Source: Propionibacterium freudenreichii subsp. freudenreichii (GTDB lineage: Bacteria; Actinomycetota; Actinomycetes; Propionibacteriales; Propionibacteriaceae). Taken from it: a DNA stretch of 32,000 bases. Of this stretch, positions 9,573 through 17,736 are shown one piece after another. A program made the translations under genes and the position numbers. The stretch is taken from the NCBI RefSeq assembly GCF_000940845.1, contig NZ_CP010341.1, forward strand, positions 240,001 through 272,000, given 5' to 3'. Under the pieces are notes generated by a model. It saw only the letters and a list, made by a program, of their open reading frames with translations. It was not told where the DNA came from and did not search any database. Each line of letters begins with the position of its first letter. The stretch's first letter is position 1.

Positions 9573-11267
9573 ATGTCCCATACTTCTGTTTCCCCTTCTG
9601 CTTTCACGCGCGCTGCTCCCACGGTGGTGGTTGATCACGCCAGCTTCGAGCTGCCCGACGGCCAACCCGTGCTCAGCGATGTCTCCGCCGCGTTCCCTGC
9701 CGGCCGCACCGGCCTGATCGGCGACAACGGCACCGGCAAGACCACCCTGATGCGCCTCATTGCCGGAGAACTGACGCCCACCGAGGGCTCGGTGCACGTC
9801 GCCGGCAGCTGCTCCTATCTGCCCCAGGACGTCACGAGCGCAGCGGACATCAGCGTGGCCGACCAGCTCGGCATCACCGCCATCCGGCAGGCCCTGACCC
9901 GCATCGAGGCCGGCTCGGTGGACGTGCACGACTACGACCTCGTCGGCGACGACTGGGACGTGGACGCCCGCGCGGTCGCCGAGCTCGCCGGACTCGGCCT
10001 GAGGGCTGACGTCGGCTGGCTCGACCGGCCCATGTCCGAGCTGTCGGGCGGCGAGGCGATGGGCGTCGCCCTGGCGGCCACCCGGCTGGTCCGGGCCGAT
10101 GTCACCCTGCTCGACGAGCCCACCAACAACCTTGATGCGCACGCCCGTGCGGCGCTGATCGGGCAGCTGGCGCACTGGCCCGGTGCCGTGATCGTGGTGT
10201 CCCACGACCGGGGGCTGTTGGAGGCCGTTGACGCCATCTGTGAGCTGTCGTGGGTGGGTGCGGGTGCGTCGCGTACTCAGCAGGTGACCATGTTCGGCGG
10301 CAACTTCAGCCAGTTCGAGGCCCAGCGCGAGGTGCAGCGGGCTGCGGCGGAACGCGAGCTGCGTTCGGCCGACGCCGAGGTGCACCGCGCCCGGGCGCAG
10401 ATGCGTGCCGAGCAGCAACGCCAGCAGCAACGTGACCGCTCGGCCCGTCGCGAGAACGCTCGCGGCAATGTGTCGAAGGGCGAGCGCGACTTCCTCGCCA
10501 ACCGTGCCGAGAAGAACACCGGAGGAAAGAAACTCATGCACAATGCCCGACTCCATGACGCCGAAGCGGCCCGCGCGGCGGCCGATGCGGCCGCCCGCCA
10601 GCCCGATGTGATCCGCATTCCGCTGCCCGACACCGCCGTCGCGCCCGGCAAGCAGATCGTGCAGGTGAAGGTGGGCGCCGGCCAGCAGTTGCGCATCGAC
10701 GGACCCGAGCGCATCCGGGTGTCCGGCGACAACGGCACCGGCAAGTCGATGCTGCTCAAGCTGATCACCGGCCAGGTCGACGCGGTTCCCGCAGGCCTGT
10801 TCGCGGCGCCGGTGGGCCTGCAGCTGGCGCCGACCGTGTCCACCGGCGTGCTCAGCCAGCGCACCGACGAACTCGACCGCTTCGACACCTGCATCGACGC
10901 CCTGCTCGACGTTGCCGCGCAGCGCACGTCCGGGGAGGCCCGGGAACTGTTGGCACGGTTCCTCATCACCGGTGACAAGGCCTTTCAGCTGCCCGCCACA
11001 TTGTCGGGTGGCGAGCGCTTCCGGGTGGCGATGGCCCGGGTGCTGTTCACCGACCCGGCACCGCAGCTGCTGGTGCTCGACGAGCCCACCAACAACCTCG
11101 ACATGGCCTCGGTCGACCACCTGCTGGAGGCCCTCGACGGCTACCAGGGAGCGTTGCTCGTGGTGACCCACGATGCCCACCTGGCCGGCGGCCTGCACTT
11201 CAACCGCAGCTGGCAGTTGCGACGCACCGACGAGGGCACGGTGATCGAGGAGCAGCTCGGCGGCTGA
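9573..11267 (+). CDS. ABC-F family ATPase (two NBDs, no TMD; ribosome-associated ABC-F type)
   Basis: 564 aa from ATG 9573 (AGGA 9563-9566 with a 6-nt spacer). NBD1: GDNGTGKTT, LSGGEAMG, TLLDEPTNNLD. NBD2: GDNGTGKSM, LSGGERFR, LVLDEPTNNLD. A roughly 90-aa R/Q/E/A-rich inter-domain linker (AERELRSADAEVHRARAQMRAEQQRQQQRDRSARREN...). No membrane domain. Confidence 0.85.
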   Translation: MSHTSVSPSAFTRAAPTVVVDHASFELPDGQPVLSDVSAAFPAGRTGLIGDNGTGKTTLMRLIAGELTPTEGSVHVAGSCSYLPQDVTSAADISVADQLGITAIRQALTRIEAGSVDVHDYDLVGDDWDVDARAVAELAGLGLRADVGWLDRPMSELSGGEAMGVALAATRLVRADVTLLDEPTNNLDAHARAALIGQLAHWPGAVIVVSHDRGLLEAVDAICELSWVGAGASRTQQVTMFGGNFSQFEAQREVQRAAAERELRSADAEVHRARAQMRAEQQRQQQRDRSARRENARGNVSKGERDFLANRAEKNTGGKKLMHNARLHDAEAARAAADAAARQPDVIRIPLPDTAVAPGKQIVQVKVGAGQQLRIDGPERIRVSGDNGTGKSMLLKLITGQVDAVPAGLFAAPVGLQLAPTVSTGVLSQRTDELDRFDTCIDALLDVAAQRTSGEARELLARFLITGDKAFQLPATLSGGERFRVAMARVLFTDPAPQLLVLDEPTNNLDMASVDHLLEALDGYQGALLVVTHDAHLAGGLHFNRSWQLRRTDEGTVIEEQLGG

Positions 11268-11280
11268 GCCCGTGGGCAGG

Positions 11281-11377
11281 TTGTCGCGGGCCGCTTGTGT
11301 GGGGCAGCTGTTCCCGGGGCGGCTGTCGCGGGTCGCTTGTTACGGGCCGCTTGTTACGGGCCGCTTGTTATGGGCAG
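11281..11377. repeat. Imperfect tandem repeats (GTCGCGGGYCGCTTGT / TACGGGCCGCTTGT units) in the ABC-F / lysS intergenic region
   Basis: GTCGCGGGCCGCTTGT 11283-11298 and GTCGCGGGTCGCTTGT 11325-11340. These are followed by TACGGGCCGCTTGT at 11341-11354 and 11355-11368, then a degenerate TATGGGCAG. Confidence 0.7.
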
Positions 11378-11407
11378 AGCACCATGGGCGGCTCACGCTA
11401 GGCTGAA

Positions 11408-13018
11408 ATGGTGAGTGAGCAGCGTCCCGAAAAGGCCCCCCAGTCCCGCGGAAACCAGTCAGCTGGAAAGCAATCTGGCGGAAACCAGTCCCGCAAGAAC
11501 GAGCCCCGCAAGAACGGGGCTGCCGACGTCGAGCAGGACCTTCCCGAGCAGATGCGCATCCGCGCCGAGAAGCGCCAGCGCTTCCTCGACGAGGGCAAGC
11601 AGGCCTACCCGGTTGACCTGCGTCGCGACCACACGCTGGCCGAGGTGCGCGCCACCTGGGGCCACCTGGCCGCCGGCGAGGAGACCCAGGACGAGGTGAC
11701 CATCGGCGGGCGGGTGATCTTCATCCGCAATTCCGGCAAGCTGTGCTTCGCCACGCTCCAGGACGGCTTCACTCCCGACCAGGACGCCGAGCGCTTGCAG
11801 ATCATGCTGTCGAAGGCCGAGGTCGGCGACGAATCGCTGGCCGCCTGGAAGGCCGACGTCGACCTGGGCGATTTCGTGTGGGTGCGCGGACGCGTCATTG
11901 CGTCCAAGCGCGGCGAACTGTCGGTGATGGCCAGCGAATGGAAGCTCGCCAGCAAGGCGCTGCGCCCGCTGCCCACCCTGCACAACGACCTGTCGGAGGA
12001 GGCGCGCGTCCGGCAGCGCTACAACGACCTGATCGTGCGTCCGGCGGCGCGCACGATGGTGCGCCAGCGGGCGTTGATCACCCGCAAGATCCGCGAGACG
12101 CTCGAGGAGCAGGGCTATCTCGAGGTGGAGACGCCGGTGCTGCAGTCGGTGCACGGCGGCGCGGCGGCGCGTCCGTTTACCACGCACCTGAACGCCTTCG
12201 ACATCGACATGTACCTGCGCATCGCCCTCGAGCTGCACCTCAAGCGCGTCATGGTGGGCGGGGCCGACCGCGTCTATGAGATGGGTCGCGTGTTCCGCAA
12301 CGAGGGCGTCGACTCGTCGCACAGCCCCGAGTTCACGATGCTGGAGGCCTACCAGAGCTGGGGCGACCAGTTCACGATCGCCGAGACGCTCAAGTCGATC
12401 ATCATGAAGGTGGCCGAGGCACTCGACATCTTCGAGATCCCCACCGATCAGGGCGTCATCGACCTGAAGGGCGAATGGATCTGGCTGCCGGTCTATGAGG
12501 GGCTGTCGGGCGAGGTTGGTGAGGAGATCACCACCAAGACCCCGGTGGAACACCTGCGACACATCGCCGACGCCCACAAGGTGGACTATGACGCGTCATG
12601 GATTGACCAGAAGATGGTGCTGCACCTGTTCGAGGAGCTGGTAGAGAAGGGCCTGACCCAGCCGACCTTCGTGTGTGACTTCCCCGAGATCGCCCAGCCG
12701 CTGGCGCGTCGCCATCGCTCCAAGCCGGGCTGCATCGAAGCCTGGGACCTGATCATCGGCGGCATGGAACGCGGCACCGGTTTCTCGGAGCTGATCGATC
12801 CGGTGATCCAGCGCGAGATCCTCACCCGGCAGTCGCTGGCGGCGGCTGCCGGTGATCCCGAGGCCATGCAGCTCGACGAGGACTTCCTCAACGCGCTGGA
12901 GCAGGGCTGCCCGCCCATGGGTGGGCTCGGCCTGGGCGTCGACCGGCTGGTGATGCTGTTCACCGGCGCCGGCATCCGCGAGACCATCCTGTTCCCGTTG
13001 CTGCGCCCGTTGAACTGA
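11408..13018 (+). CDS. lysS: Lysine--tRNA ligase (class II)
   Basis: 536 aa. OB-fold anticodon-binding region (VTIGGRVIFIRNSGKLCFATLQDG). Class II motifs (YLEVETPVLQ, VYEMGRVFRNEG, GMERGTGFSELIDP, PPMGGLGLGVDRLVM). A roughly 45-aa basic low-complexity N-terminal extension. The start could be ATG 11408 or the adjacent GTG 11411. Confidence 0.95.
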   Translation: MVSEQRPEKAPQSRGNQSAGKQSGGNQSRKNEPRKNGAADVEQDLPEQMRIRAEKRQRFLDEGKQAYPVDLRRDHTLAEVRATWGHLAAGEETQDEVTIGGRVIFIRNSGKLCFATLQDGFTPDQDAERLQIMLSKAEVGDESLAAWKADVDLGDFVWVRGRVIASKRGELSVMASEWKLASKALRPLPTLHNDLSEEARVRQRYNDLIVRPAARTMVRQRALITRKIRETLEEQGYLEVETPVLQSVHGGAAARPFTTHLNAFDIDMYLRIALELHLKRVMVGGADRVYEMGRVFRNEGVDSSHSPEFTMLEAYQSWGDQFTIAETLKSIIMKVAEALDIFEIPTDQGVIDLKGEWIWLPVYEGLSGEVGEEITTKTPVEHLRHIADAHKVDYDASWIDQKMVLHLFEELVEKGLTQPTFVCDFPEIAQPLARRHRSKPGCIEAWDLIIGGMERGTGFSELIDPVIQREILTRQSLAAAAGDPEAMQLDEDFLNALEQGCPPMGGLGLGVDRLVMLFTGAGIRETILFPLLRPLN

Positions 13019-13150
13019 CGCCTGGTCCCTGTCGCGGTGGCGCGCTTGGAGTGGCTGCTATCGCTGAGTGGGCAGTTGTGCGGCAATGACGCCGCACAGG
13101 TATCCACCTAACGGCCCGGGCCGATGGCGGCAGCGGAATAGGTGCGGATG

Positions 13151-13173
13151 AAGCACCGTGGACGGTGCTTTTG
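13151..13173. terminator. Intrinsic terminator-like hairpin between convergent lysS and methyltransferase genes
   Basis: AAGCACCG (13151-13158), loop TGGA, CGGTGCTT (13163-13170), then TTG. On the plus strand this reads GCACCG-stem followed by UUUUG. It lies 33 nt past the stop of the minus-strand gene and 133 nt past the lysS stop. Confidence 0.6.
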
Positions 13174-13203
13174 TCGACCTTGTCTTCGGAGCAGAGCCTC
13201 GTC

Positions 13204-13926
13204 CTAGCGAATCCGCTGGATCAGGATCACCGCATCATTCATCGTGGCCGGCTTCCCGGTGGGATCGGTGGCGGGACGACGCCGCGTCTCGGCAAGCTTC
13301 ACCTCGAAGAAGCGCGGATCGGGATCCAGCGCCTTGAGGTCCTCCTCGGGCTTGGGGAAGTCACCCTGGCTGGCCATCTCCGGGGGAGCCCACGACGGGG
13401 GAGCCGCATGGGTGACCATCAGCAGGTGTCCACCGCGCACCAGCAGGCGGGCGGCGCGCTGCAGGATGCGAATGCGGTCGAGGGCCACCGGTGACTGCAG
13501 GAAGCTGGCAGTGATCAGGTTGTACTGGCCGCGGCCCTGGTCATCAGGCAGGGGCGCCTGCGACCATTCGTCGAGGTTGACGGCCTCGAAGTGCGTCGTG
13601 TCGGCCACGTTCTTCTCGGCGGCGGCCTGCTGTGCCCGTCCGATCGCGGTCTGTGAGATGTCATAGCCGGTGGCCTGCCAGCCCTGGGTGGCCAGCCAGA
13701 TGGCGTCGGCGCCCTCGCCGCAGCCCAGGTCGAGGGAGCGTCCTGGCGTCAGGCTCGCCACAACCTGCACGAAGGTGTGGTTCGGCAGCGCTGACCAGAC
13801 GTGCTCGGGCCCCGCGTAGCGCTCTTCCCAGAACTCCGTGACGGATTCCGGAGAACTGGTTGTGGGCTCGTCGGGGCCTCCGGGAAACTGGTCTGACGGA
13901 TGTTCCTGGTGGGGGAACTCGCTCAT
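13204..13926 (-). CDS. Class I SAM-dependent methyltransferase
   Basis: 240 aa. Motif I SLDLGCGEGADAIWLA, then GYDIS, NLITASF and LLVRGGHLLMV. Confidence 0.8.
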   Translation of the reverse strand: MSEFPHQEHPSDQFPGGPDEPTTSSPESVTEFWEERYAGPEHVWSALPNHTFVQVVASLTPGRSLDLGCGEGADAIWLATQGWQATGYDISQTAIGRAQQAAAEKNVADTTHFEAVNLDEWSQAPLPDDQGRGQYNLITASFLQSPVALDRIRILQRAARLLVRGGHLLMVTHAAPPSWAPPEMASQGDFPKPEEDLKALDPDPRFFEVKLAETRRRPATDPTGKPATMNDAVILIQRIR

Positions 13927-14010
13927 CGTGGCTCGCTTTCATCGACTCGCGGATAACGGCAGTCACCCGCTGTGCACATCCATTCTGCCTTGTCGGCCGA
14001 TTGCAGCCCC

Positions 14011-14045
14011 AACCTACGGTGCAGTAACCTACTGTCGCGTAGGTT
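14011..14045. promoter_or_regulatory. Candidate operator upstream of the 2-oxoacid dehydrogenase operon (AACCTAC x2 plus inverted GTAGGTT)
   Basis: AACCTAC at 14011-14017 and 14026-14032. The second copy forms the perfect inverted repeat AACCTAC-TGTCGC-GTAGGTT (14026-14045), ending 26 nt before ATG 14071. Confidence 0.35.
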
Positions 14046-14070
14046 CCTGTTGTCTCCTCGAAGGACGGTC

Positions 14071-15183
14071 ATGGATTCCGATGACCCGACGCAGCCCCTG
14101 CAGCTGCTGACACCTGACGGCACGCTCGTCGACAATCCACGGTTCCCCTGGGAGGGCAGCGACGAGGATCTCGTCGACATGCTGCGCCAGATGACCACCG
14201 CCCGCCGTTTCGACGTCGAGGGCGCGGCCCTGCAGCGTCACGGCGAACTCGGCCTGTGGGCGCCCCTGTCGGGCCAGGAGGCCTACCAGGCCGCCGTCAC
14301 CCAGGTGATGAAGCCCCAGGACATGGTGTTCGGCACCTACCGCGAGCAGTCGATCGCCCTGCAGAAGGGCGTGCCGCTGGGTGACATCCTGGCCGTGTGG
14401 CGCGGGTCGAGCCTGTCTCGCTGGATCGCCAGCGACGCCCAGGTGGCGCCCTATTACATGATCATCGGCGCCCAGCCGCTGCATGCGGTGGGCTATGCGA
14501 TGGGAGTGGCCCGCGACAAGGCCAAGCACCCCACCGACCCGGCGAACGATGCCGTGACGCTGACCATCTACGGCGATGGCGCGTCCAGCCAGGGCGATGT
14601 GAACGAGGCGCTGGTCTATGCCGCCTCGCAGCAGGCGCCGGTCGTCTTCCTCAACGTGAACAACCAGTGGGCCATCAGCGAGCCGTCCAGCGTGCAGACG
14701 CGCATCCCGCTCTACCAGCGGGCGATGGGCTTCGGCATCCCCGGCATCCGGGTGGACGGAAACGACCCGCTGGCCTGCCACGCGGTGCTCAACTGGGCCT
14801 TCGACGAGGTGCGCTCGGGTTCCGGGCCGGTGCTCGTGGAAGCCGTCACCTATCGCATGGGCCCCCACACCACCAGCGACGATCCCACCAAGTACCGCTC
14901 GTCGCAGGTCACCGAGGAGTGGAAGGCCAAGGACCCGATCGAGCGCCTGCGCAGTTATCTGCTGGAGCGCGGCCTGATCGACTATGCGTGGACCGAGAAG
15001 CTCAACGCCGACCTCGACACCTTCGGTGCGCTGGTGCGCGACACCTGTCGGGCGCTGCCGAACACCCCGATGTCGGAGGTCTTCGACGCCGTCACCGCGG
15101 ATCCGGGTCTCTATCTGAGCGAGCAGCGGGCCGACTGCCTCGACTGGCTCGCCACCCCGCCCAGCGAAGGAGCAGCAGAATGA
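14071..15183 (+). CDS. 2-oxoacid (pyruvate/branched-chain) dehydrogenase E1 component, alpha subunit (TPP-dependent)
   Basis: 370 aa from ATG 14071 (AAGGA 14061-14065). TPP-binding motif IYGDGASSQGDVNEALVYAA...VVFLNVNNQWAIS. A pdhA/bkdA-type heterotetrameric E1. Confidence 0.9.
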   Translation: MDSDDPTQPLQLLTPDGTLVDNPRFPWEGSDEDLVDMLRQMTTARRFDVEGAALQRHGELGLWAPLSGQEAYQAAVTQVMKPQDMVFGTYREQSIALQKGVPLGDILAVWRGSSLSRWIASDAQVAPYYMIIGAQPLHAVGYAMGVARDKAKHPTDPANDAVTLTIYGDGASSQGDVNEALVYAASQQAPVVFLNVNNQWAISEPSSVQTRIPLYQRAMGFGIPGIRVDGNDPLACHAVLNWAFDEVRSGSGPVLVEAVTYRMGPHTTSDDPTKYRSSQVTEEWKAKDPIERLRSYLLERGLIDYAWTEKLNADLDTFGALVRDTCRALPNTPMSEVFDAVTADPGLYLSEQRADCLDWLATPPSEGAAE

Positions 15184-16154
15184 CCACACTCACGCTGGCG
15201 AAGGGTCTCAACCAGGGCCTGCACGATGCCATGGACGAAGATCCCCAGGTGCTCATGATGGGCGAGGACATCGGCAAGCTTGGTGGTGTCTTCCGCATCA
15301 CCGAGGGCCTGCTCGACGACTTCGGTGCCGACCGGGTGATTGACACCCCGTTGGCCGAGGCGGGCATCATCGGCACCGCGATCGGCTTGGCGTTGCGCGG
15401 CTATCGTCCGGTCTGCGAGATCCAGTTCGACGGCTTCGTCTACCCGGGCATCGACCAGATCATCAACCAGCTGGCCCGCTACCGCTCGCGCACCCACGGA
15501 CGCCAGAGCCTGCCGGTGGTCGTGCGCATTCCCTTCGGCGGCGGCATCGGCTCACCCGAGCACCACTCCGAATCGCCCGAATCGCATTTCGTACACACTC
15601 CGGGCCTGCACGTGGTGGCCTGTTCCAACCCGCATGACGCCTATTGGATGATCCGCCAGTCGATCGCCTGCCCCGATCCGGTGATCTTCTTCGAGCCGAA
15701 GCGCCGCTATTACGCCAAGGGCGAGGTGGATACGTCGGCCCCTGACCTGCCGCTGTTCTCGGCGCGCATCGTGCGTCCCGGTGCCGACCTCACGCTGCTC
15801 ACCTACGGCCCGATGGTGCAGACCTGCCTCGACGCGGCCCGCGTGGCCTCCGCCGAGGGACGCGATGTGCAGGTGATCGACCTGCGCAGCCTGTCGCCGT
15901 TCGACATGGCCACTATCCGTGACGCCCTGAAGCGCACCCGGCGCGCGATCGTCGTGCACGAGGCCCACCGCACGCTCGGGCCCGGCGCCGAGTTGGCCGC
16001 CCGGCTCGACGAGGAGTTGTGGGGGGAATTGGACGCCCCCGTGCTGCGCGTCACCGGTTATGACACCGTGTATCCCCCCTCGCGCAGCGAGAAGGGCTAC
16101 CTGCCCGATGCCGAGCGGGTGCTCGACGCCGTCGACAAGTCATTCGACTACTGA
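15180..16154 (+). CDS. 2-oxoacid dehydrogenase E1 component, beta subunit
   Basis: 324 aa. MTTLTLAKGLNQGLHDAM..., GEDIGKLGGVFRITEGL, DTPLAEAGIIG. ATG 15180 overlaps the alpha-subunit stop (ATGA) and is preceded by GAAGGAG. Confidence 0.9.
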   Translation: MTTLTLAKGLNQGLHDAMDEDPQVLMMGEDIGKLGGVFRITEGLLDDFGADRVIDTPLAEAGIIGTAIGLALRGYRPVCEIQFDGFVYPGIDQIINQLARYRSRTHGRQSLPVVVRIPFGGGIGSPEHHSESPESHFVHTPGLHVVACSNPHDAYWMIRQSIACPDPVIFFEPKRRYYAKGEVDTSAPDLPLFSARIVRPGADLTLLTYGPMVQTCLDAARVASAEGRDVQVIDLRSLSPFDMATIRDALKRTRRAIVVHEAHRTLGPGAELAARLDEELWGELDAPVLRVTGYDTVYPPSRSEKGYLPDAERVLDAVDKSFDY

Positions 16155-16164
16155 GGAGCCACTG

Positions 16165-17511
16165 ATGCCCGAATACAACATGCCCGACCCGGGCGAGGGC
16201 CTCACCGAGGCCGACATCGTCGAATGGCACGTGAAGGTCGGCGACCAGGTGAAGGTCAACGACAACCTGCTCGACATCGAGACCGCCAAGTCGCTGGTCG
16301 AGCTGCCGTCGCCGTTCGCCGGCAAGGTGACCAAGATCTATGCCGAGGCGGGCACCACCGTGGCGGTGGGTGCGCCGATCGTCTTCATCGACGACGGCAC
16401 CGGCCCCGCCCCCGAGCATGACGGCGGTGCGCCCGCGCAGGGTGCCGAGCCGGGCGCCCAGTCCAGTCCAGCCCAGGCCAGTTCAGCCCAGTCCAGCTCG
16501 AACCAGTCCGGCCCGGCCCAGTCCAGCGCCCCTGCGCCGGCCGCCCAGGGTCCGGCCAAGGCGGCACCTGCCGCGGCGCGTCCCGATGCCGACGAGGCGT
16601 CGGCCCAGCGCGACTTGGACGGCGGCATGACCGGTGAGCGGCTGTTGTCGCTCGATGAGCTTCCGGCGTCGAAGCCGACCCAGCAGACCGTGCGCCAGAT
16701 GTTGGTCGGCTACGGTCCCGCCGACGAGTCCACGCCCAGCTCCACCGAGCGTCGTCGGCGTGCCCACCAGGTGAGCCGCCGTGGTGCCAACGAGCGTGCC
16801 CTGCGCGACGAGGAGATCCCCGTCGACACGGTGCGACGCCTCACCGCGCGCAATGTGGTGCATTCGCGCACGTCCAAGGTGCACACCACCGCATGGGTGA
16901 GCACGGATGTGAGCGGCACGATGGAGCTGGTGGCCAACCTGCGCAAGCGCCGCGAGTTTAAGGACCTGCATGTCACCGCCCTGCTGGTGTGGTGCAAGGC
17001 GGTCTGCCTGGCCATGCGCAACAATCCCATGCTCAATGCCAGCTGGGAGGACGGCTCGGAGCGCATCATCCTGCACCACGACGTGAACATCGGCATCGCC
17101 GCTGACACGCCGCGTGGCCTCATGGTGCCGGTGATCAAGCAGGCGCAGAACCGCGACCTGCTGTCGATGGCCGACGAGCTGACCCGCCTGGTCAACCTGG
17201 CCAAGGCCGGCACGCTGCAACCCAGCGACTACCGCGACGGCACCTTCACCATCACCAACGTGGGAGGCCTTGGGCTGGACGCGGGCACCCCGATCATCAA
17301 TGGCTCCGAGAGCGCGATCCTGGCGATGGGTGCGATCACCCGGCAGCCCTGGGTCGTGGGTCAGGGCGACGACGAGAAGATCGTGCCGCGCTGGGTCACC
17401 ACATTGTCGATCTCGTTCGACCATCGCCTGATCGACGGGGCGATCGCCTCGCGGTTCCTGCGCGACCTTGCCGCGCTGGTGCGCGACCCCGCGATGGCCA
17501 TGGCGTATTAG
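16165..17511 (+). CDS. 2-oxoacid dehydrogenase E2 component (dihydrolipoamide acyltransferase)
   Basis: 448 aa from ATG 16165 (GAGGAG 16153-16158). N-terminal lipoyl domain (LLDIETAKSLVELPSPFAG). Ala/Pro/Ser/Gln-rich linker. C-terminal catalytic domain with SFDHRLIDGA. Confidence 0.9.
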   Translation: MPEYNMPDPGEGLTEADIVEWHVKVGDQVKVNDNLLDIETAKSLVELPSPFAGKVTKIYAEAGTTVAVGAPIVFIDDGTGPAPEHDGGAPAQGAEPGAQSSPAQASSAQSSSNQSGPAQSSAPAPAAQGPAKAAPAAARPDADEASAQRDLDGGMTGERLLSLDELPASKPTQQTVRQMLVGYGPADESTPSSTERRRRAHQVSRRGANERALRDEEIPVDTVRRLTARNVVHSRTSKVHTTAWVSTDVSGTMELVANLRKRREFKDLHVTALLVWCKAVCLAMRNNPMLNASWEDGSERIILHHDVNIGIAADTPRGLMVPVIKQAQNRDLLSMADELTRLVNLAKAGTLQPSDYRDGTFTITNVGGLGLDAGTPIINGSESAILAMGAITRQPWVVGQGDDEKIVPRWVTTLSISFDHRLIDGAIASRFLRDLAALVRDPAMAMAY

Positions 17512-17513
17512 TC

Positions 17514-17561
17514 CCGGATTGGTGCTGGCCCCTGCGGGGGCCTGGTCCCACGCCAATCCGG
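17514..17561 (+). terminator. Compound hairpin 3 nt after the E2 stop (possible operon terminator)
   Basis: Outer arms CCGGATTGG (17514-17522) / CCAATCCGG (17553-17561). Inner stem GGCCCC (17527-17532) / GGGGCC (17537-17542). No clear U-tail. Confidence 0.4.
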
Positions 17562-17736
17562 CTTCCGACGGCCCAACCTCTACCGGCCGGCACGGTGATG
17601 ATTACCGCGGGCTCCGCACTCCATTGTGCGGGGCCTGCGGCATCTGACTTCGCGCCCGTCAGCCTGCGGGAAGTTGGGTGGCGTGAAGTCGTCCCCGTGC
17701 CCCGGGCTTGACCGGTTGGCCGCACCCGGGAACAGC

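Noticed and set aside
9465-11198. 577-aa minus-strand ORF opposite the ABC-F gene. Similar antisense ORFs: 11459..12577, 14029..15189, 16483..17556, 17626..19059, 17864..18883, 23871..25118, 26446..27735, 28528..29694, 28766..29731
   Set aside because: All are antisense or frame-shifted shadows of genes with clear family motifs. Their composition is dominated by R/G/A/H/P/D. None has a recognisable domain.
11281-11377. Tandem repeats considered as a CRISPR array
   Set aside because: The units are 14-16 bp and directly abutting, with no unique spacers and no cas genes. This is a simple tandem repeat.
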